A stretch of DNA of 63,728 bases, the filler included, from Stramenopiles sp. TOSAG23-3 (taxonomy: Eukaryota): the NCBI GenBank assembly GCA_900128585.1. It is 8 parts of 8 records of this genome, joined end to end, with 100 filler letters (N's around TTAATTAATTAA, not from the genome) between each part and the next. Parts side by side here need not be neighbours in the genome. Positions count along the whole stretch, not along the records: positions 55,890 to 63,728 come from LT643095.1; 7 more parts are not named here. One strand, written 5' to 3'. Below are positions 56,304 through 63,728 of this stretch, one piece after another. A program made the position numbers and the translations under genes. How positions within the stretch are numbered: the first letter of the stretch is position 1; the number at the start of each line of letters is the position of its first letter. The notes beneath the pieces were generated by a model. The model was not told the DNA's origin. It was given only the letters and a program-made list of their open reading frames with translations, and ran no database searches.

Positions 56304-58052
56304 ATGTTGCGTAGATTTGTTCCCTGTGCGTTCGCTCCTTTGGAGCGCAGGGTTTGGTTGGCGTCTTGTAGACGCGAAAGGCAAGGACAAACGAAATTCT
56401 TTGCAAACAAGGTATGTTTCGCGACGACCACATCAGGAAACCTTCCTCGGAGGAAGTTAAAGCGTGCTCTGTTTGATAAGGATGACAAAACCCTGGGTGA
56501 CTTTTTAGCTCCAAATACGGCAAACGTTCGTAGAGACAACGTCGGCGGTGATTTGGAGGAGCAAGACATATTTCCCCCATACATATCAGAAGAAGCACTA
56601 AGGGCGCAGGTAGCAGATAGACGCTTTTTTGTTAAAAGTTATGGTTGCCAAATGAATGTATCAGACAGTGAAATCGTTAGGGCCGTGCTATGCGGTGCTG
56701 GCTACACAGAGTCGCCCTCAGAAAGCGAAGCCGATATCATATTTTTGAACACGTGCGCAATACGTGAAAAGGCAGAGTCGAAAATATGGAAGAAACTAGA
56801 AGAAATCCGGGGAAAGAATAAAAATGTAAAGAAGAAAAAGAGACAAACGGTGGGCGTCTTAGGATGTATGGCAGAAAGGCTTAAAGATGAGCTTTTGGAA
56901 CGAGAACGAGTTGTTGACCTAGTTGTTGGGCCAGACGCTTATCGGGATCTGCCTGTGCTACTGGGGGCAATAAGTGGGGCAGAATCTCAGGAGCACGAAG
57001 GGAACATTGCTGGTATAGCGGACAAAAATTATGCTGCGATAAACGTTCAGCTTTCAGTCGACGAGACATACGGCGACATAAAGCCAATTCGAGACAACCA
57101 TAGTTCTATCTCTGCTTTTACATCAATCCAACGTGGTTGTAATAATCGTTGCTCGTTTTGTATTGTTCCCTTCACTCGCGGTATTGAAAGAAGTAGAGAT
57201 CTAGAATCTATTGTAGACGAGGTAAAACTTTTGAGCGAAGACGGGTTTAAGGAGGTCACGTTGTTGGGTCAAAATGTAAATACCTGGAAACCCGGCAAAG
57301 GGATAGGCACACGCTTTGCAGAATTACTGTACGCTGTGGCCCAAGTCGACCGCAACATGCGTATCCGTTTTACGTCCCCGCACCCCAAAGATTTTCCAGA
57401 CGACGTATTGCACTGCATCGCGGAGAACCCCAACATATGTCGGGGAATACACTTACCAGCGCAAAGCGGCAGTTCTCGTATGCTCGACATTATGAGACGT
57501 GGACACACACGATATGAATACCTTCAATTGGTCGACAATATTCGGTCAATTATTCCAAACGTGGAGTTGTCGACCGACATGATATCAGGATTTTGTGGCG
57601 AGACAGAGGAGGATCACCTCGAAACTATATCTTTGATGAAACATGTTAAGTACCAACAAGCGTTCATGTTCGCATACAGCATGCGAGAGAAAACGAGGGC
57701 CCATCGTCACATGGTAGATGATGTACCTCAAGATGTAAAGTTGAAACGATTGAAGGAGGTAGTTTCGACATTTCGAGAAACAGCGCTTGAAAGTAGTAAG
57801 GCGAATGATGCCAGGCGCGAACACGTTGTTCTTGTAGAAGGTCATAGCAAAAGATCTACCGAGGAGTGTGTACAATTGACAGGTAAAAATGATGGTTTCA
57901 AGCGTTGCGTATTTAGCAACTCGTTTGCCGAATCGAGTGCCACAGGCCACGATACAATTACACGCCAAGTAAAACCTGGAGATTTTGTGGTTGTGAAAGC
58001 GTTGGATGCCGGAGTATCCACGTTGCAGTGCGAAGTTTTACGCTTTGCATAA
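56304..58052 (+). CDS. CDK5RAP1: Mitochondrial tRNA methylthiotransferase (MiaB family)
   Basis: YGCQMNVSDSE, NTCAIRE, GCMAERL, CNNRCSFC radical-SAM motif, TRAM domain, presequence. Confidence 0.95.
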   Translation: MLRRFVPCAFAPLERRVWLASCRRERQGQTKFFANKVCFATTTSGNLPRRKLKRALFDKDDKTLGDFLAPNTANVRRDNVGGDLEEQDIFPPYISEEALRAQVADRRFFVKSYGCQMNVSDSEIVRAVLCGAGYTESPSESEADIIFLNTCAIREKAESKIWKKLEEIRGKNKNVKKKKRQTVGVLGCMAERLKDELLERERVVDLVVGPDAYRDLPVLLGAISGAESQEHEGNIAGIADKNYAAINVQLSVDETYGDIKPIRDNHSSISAFTSIQRGCNNRCSFCIVPFTRGIERSRDLESIVDEVKLLSEDGFKEVTLLGQNVNTWKPGKGIGTRFAELLYAVAQVDRNMRIRFTSPHPKDFPDDVLHCIAENPNICRGIHLPAQSGSSRMLDIMRRGHTRYEYLQLVDNIRSIIPNVELSTDMISGFCGETEEDHLETISLMKHVKYQQAFMFAYSMREKTRAHRHMVDDVPQDVKLKRLKEVVSTFRETALESSKANDARREHVVLVEGHSKRSTEECVQLTGKNDGFKRCVFSNSFAESSATGHDTITRQVKPGDFVVVKALDAGVSTLQCEVLRFA

Positions 58053-58373
58053 TACAAAGTATGCATACTATTATAATTTGTTTTTTTTGTAAATCTGCTC
58101 CTTTTGTCCATTAAAAAGGTTTACGTTCCTTCATTGCGAACTTATCTCTGCTCCTGTAATTTCGCACTAAAATCATTTAAAATAATTTAAAAGCAAGAAA
58201 ATTGGCTGTTATTAAAAAAAATAATTATTGGCTGTTGTTATTTTTTAAAAGTAATTAACATAGTTTAAGGTTGCTAAAGATTCACAGGGCAAAAATAATC
58301 GAGATTTTTTTTTATTCATTACTCTTACGCCCCGTCCCAGATTATTGCTAGTTCGATTTTTTCCTCAATTTTA

Positions 58374-60017
58374 TTAATGGCGCATAAAACTCAAGTAGGA
58401 TACGATGCCGATTATCGATACGGCAATGACTGGCGATACTTTGCGAAACAGGTAGACCAAATACGCCGCAATGCCGGTGCTGTCGGCGGTAAACGGCGCA
58501 CTCCATGACCCTCCGTGCCAGCTTTGGTCGGCAACCAGCTGCATGGGGTGCCCCAGTTTTGTTTTCGGCTGGCTAGCGCTGTTCTTGTTGCGAATGTCTG
58601 CAAGCAGCATGATCGACAAGATTGCGCTTACGGTGTCGGGGAAGTACATTTTGTTCGGCTTGAACAGGGAAAAATATGGGGCGGCGGCGGCAATTTTTGG
58701 CGCGTGCATCACCGACGCGGTCATGGCCGGGGGGGCAACATTTACAGAGACGAACTGCTTACCCTCGGTGCGGGCAAGCATGGCTCTCCAGTTCTGTATG
58801 TACTTGGCCAGCGCGTAGTTGGGGCCCTGGACGCTCGAGAGTGCGTCCAGCACCGCATACTCTTCCTGCTGGTTCCCAGACTCCAAACGGATGTACTTGT
58901 TCCGCTTCAGCAAGCCGACTGCGTGCAAGGCTTTCTGCCACAACGGGGTGTCCTCCTGAAAAATCCTCCGCGCAACTTCTTCGCAGGAGGCGGGCACCAA
59001 GTGCGCCGAGGAGGGCGTCCCGATGTACAGCAGCCCTGTCTTGTTCTTTCCCCCGCGGTTCCGGGTCACGGTGTCGGCAATGGCATCCATCGCCATGCTC
59101 GCCCGGACGTACTTTTCCCCGTCCAAGTAGATCAGTGAGTAAATGTACAGCATCTTTCCCGGCACAATTCGCGACAGCCATTCTGCAATTTCCGGGGTCT
59201 GCAACAGGGCATCCGCGCCCGCGTTGCTTGCCAAGTACTGCAAATCCGTGCTGCTGGCGTCGCTCCCTGCGGCCATCGGGAAGTAGAGCTGGCCACGGCT
59301 GCGCTTGGACCGCTCGATCAGCTTGGACCACTTCTTGGTACCGCCCCGTGCCAACCCGATGACGTTTGCCCCGTGGTCCAACAAGAATTCTAACGGTCCC
59401 ATTTCGCTGGTCGCACCGAGAAGCACAACGTAAAGGTCGGAGAGGTCCTCGCAATCTTTCATGCTGCCCTTCGCGAGGATGTTTTCTACCGCCGCCAGAA
59501 CGGAGCCTTCCATGTCCGAGTCGTTGATCATAACGCTCCGAAGCAGGGCTGGGACCTCGGCCGCGGCGTACACTTTCTTGTTGTACGGGACTTCTATCGG
59601 CGAGGACGGGTTGTTGTTGCCTGAGCCGATGACGTGCCCTGTTTCAAACGCCATGTCCTCCGACGGGTTTTCCATGGCCACGTTTAATTTGTTAGTCTCC
59701 CCGTTCCGTATAAAATCGAAGCTGGAGTGGGCCGCCTCGAGCCCGGCGCGCGCCATTTTGCACACGGTGGCCTCGTCCGCCTCGGCCATGACGGTGGTCG
59801 TGCGCACCATAAACTTTTGGTACCCGAAGCGCCAGCCCTTTCCACTGACCGTGCTCAACTTTTCCGTCAAAGGGTCGTTGGGCGCCCCTTGAGACAAAGC
59901 CGCCTGCAAAATTTTCGTCGCCGTTCCAGTCGAAGACCGGGACGCAGGCTTCCCGTTCACCCCAGGGATTTCTGGCCAGTTAATACCGTCGGTAATCGCA
60001 GCTTTCTTTCTCGGCAT
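58374..60017 (-). CDS. Conserved hypothetical Rossmann-like protein with C-terminal TM anchor
   Basis: VLLGATSEMGPL...GANVIGL, QGPNYALAK (YxxxK), WHGGSW; GC-rich, intronless. Confidence 0.75.
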   Translation of the reverse strand: MPRKKAAITDGINWPEIPGVNGKPASRSSTGTATKILQAALSQGAPNDPLTEKLSTVSGKGWRFGYQKFMVRTTTVMAEADEATVCKMARAGLEAAHSSFDFIRNGETNKLNVAMENPSEDMAFETGHVIGSGNNNPSSPIEVPYNKKVYAAAEVPALLRSVMINDSDMEGSVLAAVENILAKGSMKDCEDLSDLYVVLLGATSEMGPLEFLLDHGANVIGLARGGTKKWSKLIERSKRSRGQLYFPMAAGSDASSTDLQYLASNAGADALLQTPEIAEWLSRIVPGKMLYIYSLIYLDGEKYVRASMAMDAIADTVTRNRGGKNKTGLLYIGTPSSAHLVPASCEEVARRIFQEDTPLWQKALHAVGLLKRNKYIRLESGNQQEEYAVLDALSSVQGPNYALAKYIQNWRAMLARTEGKQFVSVNVAPPAMTASVMHAPKIAAAAPYFSLFKPNKMYFPDTVSAILSIMLLADIRNKNSASQPKTKLGHPMQLVADQSWHGGSWSAPFTADSTGIAAYLVYLFRKVSPVIAVSIIGIVSYLSFMRH

Positions 60018-61553
60018 GGTCGCAACTCAAAGTCGTCGTAAGGAAAGAAAAAGAGAAAAGAACAAATATATTAATACTATGATTACGTATTCTACCTGTT
60101 TACATCTGAAAATAAACCTTTGCGGTATCTACAATGTTGAATTTGTATAAAGTTGTTTAAATGTCATACCAATATAAATATAGCGAATATATATATATAA
60201 CAAATGTTGATATTATTATCGAGACGATGATTATTGAAAAAAAAATCATTAATAAAAAATAAATATTATTATATAATAATAATAATAATACACAGTAATA
60301 ATTATATTTAACACAGTAGTATAGTAGTAGTATTATTTTTTTACTTCTTCTTATTTTTATTTGTTGTTGTGGTGGGTTGTGGTAGACTAGTAGTAGTAGG
60401 TGAAGAAGAATAATGGAAATAATTTGTGGGCACACGAGGGAGACCGACACATCCATCCATCATGCCATCATGCCATTTGACTGATGTGACCGACCATCCA
60501 AATTGCTTTTGATTCTTCTAACTCTAGTCCTATGTATTATTATAGTCTCTTTATTAATTAATTATATTATAGCCTTTTTACCTACTTTTGCCATAGTAAG
60601 TAGTACACATATATCCAAAAATAATAGAGATTAAAAATTTCCCTTCTTCTTCTCTCTCTTTTATTAGACTACATAGAGTAGTATATAATATAAGACCTAT
60701 TAAAAGATAAATAAAGGAATAAAAGAAAACCCAAACAAGTCCGTTCCATCACAACTCACAACAAAACAAAAACAAAACAAAAAATAATAATAAAAATATT
60801 TTATTAAATAGTTACTAGCTTACTGTACTGTATATAATTGAAGAAAGCCTGACCTGGCCTGCCTCAACCCTCACCTCAACCCTCACCTCCGCCCGTTCGC
60901 CCGTTGTCGTTGTCGTTGTTGTTTTTAATTAAAAATGTTTTCAATTATTTATCCATCATCTTTCTTCTTTTACAAAAATATAACTGCCTGGTAAACTATC
61001 CAATACTAAATTCCTGTTATAATTATTTATTTCATATATGTCGTTCTATTAGCTTATATATTAAAATTGGTTTGGTTGATCAATACCCACTACTGTAGGT
61101 ATTGAATACCTGGGGTACCGGTCGGTATAACAAATATTAATACCGGTAGTACGTACTCCTGTGTTCTTGTTGCAGCTTCCTCCTTGTGCTCGATGCTCGA
61201 TGATGATGCCTCGATCTCTACGACGTTGTATTATACCTACCGTACAGGTACTACCTCCTCACTCTATTATTTCAATAATATACAATGACTTCATTCCACC
61301 GTCCGTTGCGTTTCATTTTTAGTACTACGTATTTGTTTTTACTATACTTAAATTTGCCATTTATTGCATTTGAAACGATATTACGAAGACATATATATGG
61401 ATGGATGAAAGAATAGTTTCAAATCACCTTGATTGATTTATTTCAGTTTTTTTCAGATACGTTTCCATCTTCTTTCCTTGTTCGTACACTCACTTGTAAA
61501 GACGCCGTTTGTGCCTGGGAAGGATTAGTAACGACAACTGCGACGGGAACGGG

Positions 61554-62895
61554 ATGTCCAGTTTCGGTAGTTCGCGGAGGCTGAGCTCCAAATCTGGGCG
61601 TCCGAGCGTCAACTCGTTCAGCAGTGGTGGCAGCCTGAGAAAGCCGACCCCAAAGGCAAAGAAGAAGATATCGTTTGTTGGTGGGGCTACGAAGGGTCGC
61701 CACGGCCCCAGCAGTGCCAAAAAGTCCGTTGTAAAGACCGGCTCTTCGAGCAAAATCAGCAAGAAAAGTAGTTTCGAGAAGCGCGACCCCCCGGGGTTTA
61801 CGAAATTGTCCAAGCTTGGGGAGGGCGGCTTTGGCACCGTTTGGGATTGCAAGAACGCCAAGAGTGGCAGGTCGTACGCGATCAAACAGTTAGTGAAAGG
61901 TTCGTCCGCAGATGCGAAGCGCAACATAAACACTGGGCTGAACGAGCAGTGGTTCGGCCGAATGTGGTTCTCCGAGGGGGGGGCGCATCCGGAACCAGTT
62001 GGGCATTTGCGAGGCCATGGCTCCGGAGGAGGGGCGGTCGGAGGGGGACAAGTGGCTGTGGAAGGTGAACCCATCCAAGTACCCTGGCGTTTTTTCCATC
62101 GCAAAGTTAGTTACCACCATCGACACATCCCAAGACCTGTGGTTGGTGTTTGAGAAATGCGGCCTTCCCTTGACCGAGCTGCTGTGGGAGCTGAAGGGCA
62201 GCTTTCACAAAGGCACCCGAATATATACATGCCGTCGCCGTAGCTTTTGGAATGCCATGCGGGCCGATAAAAATGTCTTGAAAAAGTTTCTGCGAAAGAT
62301 GATCGAAGCCTTGGAGCTTACCAGCGACAGCAACGTTGTCCACTCCGATTTAAAACCCGACAACATTTTGGTGAACTACATGCGTGGGGAGTCGGACTTC
62401 TTGAGCTTGAAAATAATAGATTTTGGGTCTGCCTACGATTTTGAACTAGTGGAGAAAGTCAACTCCGCGACCCCAGAGTACTTGCCCCCGGAGGCCCTCG
62501 CCCTGCAATGCTCTCGACCGAGTGGGCGCGCCACAACCGTCCAAGACAATCTCCGGGACAACAGCGTGCCCCACGCGGTGGACATGTGGTCTCTTGGGTG
62601 CATTTTCCTAGAAATCTGTGCAGGGTTCCCCCTTTGGTTCGGGTACAAGTCTCGCGTCGACAGCGGCTCCCGTTTCTTGACCGGGCTGTTCGCCGTCCCT
62701 GGCCGCAGCCCTGAAAAGTTGATTTCGCGACAGATCGATGTCGTCAGCGACCTGTCAGAAACACTCCGAAAATGCCCCGAAATAGGATTGTCTCAGGACG
62801 ATGATGCCATAGACCTCCTTTCTCAAATGCTCGCGCTTGAACCTACCGAAAGGATCTGCCCTCAAGATGCCCTATCTCATCCATTTCTCCTGTAG
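61554..62895 (+). CDS. Ser/Thr protein kinase split by a +1 frameshift (likely at G8, 61976-61983)
   Basis: LGEGGFGTV, YAIK and the alphaC Glu are in one frame. LWLVFE, HSDLKPDN, DFG, EYLPPE and DMWSLG are in the +1 frame. Confidence 0.85.
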
Positions 62896-63309
62896 AGTAC
62901 TATTAACTCTCTCAGAATAAAAATAAGAAGATTGGCTTATATCAATTGAAATTTACTCCCACCCCATATGGATTGTCTGATGTGTGGCCTGCGTATACCA
63001 TATAATCGGGTTGGCCGAGTTGAACGGCAGTCTGAACCAAACCGATTTTTTTAAAGAAAATTGATATTTTCAGCAGTTGATAAATGGATTGGGTGGCAGG
63101 ATGATCTTAACATACATTTTTGTAATTTTTTATGTTTGTATTACCTTCAAAGACATTATAAAAGTTTAATTAATAATACATTGTTCTCACTGTTTTCATA
63201 ATTTTTTGAAACAGACAGTGGTAGGCAATGATTAAAAACAAAATTCATAGATGGCTACGGTAACCAATCAAAACATTCAGTGCGTTTCGTGCTGCGTGGA
63301 AACTTCAGC

Positions 63310-63726
63310 TCAGAGGAAAGACATGAGAATGGCAGCACCAATTGCCAATGCACTGACGCTTGCAGTGCCAAAAGCTCCACATGTTAGGAGTGTGCTGGAA
63401 CCCCCATTCACCGATTTTGTGCATTCGCCAACCTCATTAGTAACTTTCATCTTTACAGCTGTTCCAGTCCCAGCGCATTTCAGTTCTGAGAAACTTTCAT
63501 ACTTCAACGTTCCGTCTTTTTTGCAGCCGTCTTCAAAATCCCCGTACTTAATGGTGTTGTTACCACTAGAAATTCTGCACGTGCCTGATTCGATGGTAGA
63601 AGTGGGTGTACCACTGCAGTCTTCATTTCCATACGACTTGTATGTGTACCCGGTTGCTTTGACATCTTCCGCAGCCAGCGGCGTTGCCAGAATGAGGCAG
63701 AGGGCAGCGATTCGTGCAGTTTTCAT
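63310..63726 (-). CDS. Small secreted Cys-rich protein, probably GPI-anchored
   Basis: Signal peptide, 6 Cys, hydrophobic C-terminal tail ASVSALAIGAAILMSFL. Confidence 0.75.
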   Translation of the reverse strand: MKTARIAALCLILATPLAAEDVKATGYTYKSYGNEDCSGTPTSTIESGTCRISSGNNTIKYGDFEDGCKKDGTLKYESFSELKCAGTGTAVKMKVTNEVGECTKSVNGGSSTLLTCGAFGTASVSALAIGAAILMSFL

Positions 63727-63728
63727 TG

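Noticed and set aside
1-63728. tRNA, rRNA, transposase, reverse transcriptase or viral genes
   Set aside because: None recognisable by eye; a covariance-model scan would be needed to exclude small RNAs

Overview
Eukaryotic nuclear DNA, not prokaryotic. It is most likely a short-read MAG/SAG of a heterotrophic protist, probably a marine stramenopile of the MAST type; this is inferred from protein style and not established. The window is not one locus. It is 8 unrelated contigs of 7918, 7904, 7895, 7880, 7875, 7868, 7849 and 7839 nt, sorted by length and joined by artificial 100-nt N44-TTAATTAATTAA-N44 linkers, so adjacency across linkers means nothing. Genes are compact, mostly intronless, roughly balanced in GC, and separated by very AT-rich spacers. 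About 30 CDS are supported. Housekeeping genes include ATP synthase d, UNC-50, CDP-DAG synthase, NFU1, CDK5RAP1/MiaB, HSBP1, LTO1-like and TMEM163-like. Signalling genes include a 2xCNB-AGC kinase, PX-PH, a membrane bZIP and FN3-lipase-FYVE. There are also several secreted orphans. Best leads: (1) a C-terminal tag RRR[RK]LLQ-x5-S-stop shared by two unrelated proteins on different contigs; (2) a tightly coupled pair of secreted-protein genes at 24750-29886, with a probable non-canonical intron, an in-frame single-stop junction, antimicrobial-peptide-like cationic segments and a +1 frameshift at G12; (3) a second +1 frameshift at G8 inside a kinase; (4) a ~70-bp element family found almost only in 3'/convergent intergenic regions; (5) a bacterial-type secreted NlpC/P60 hydrolase.
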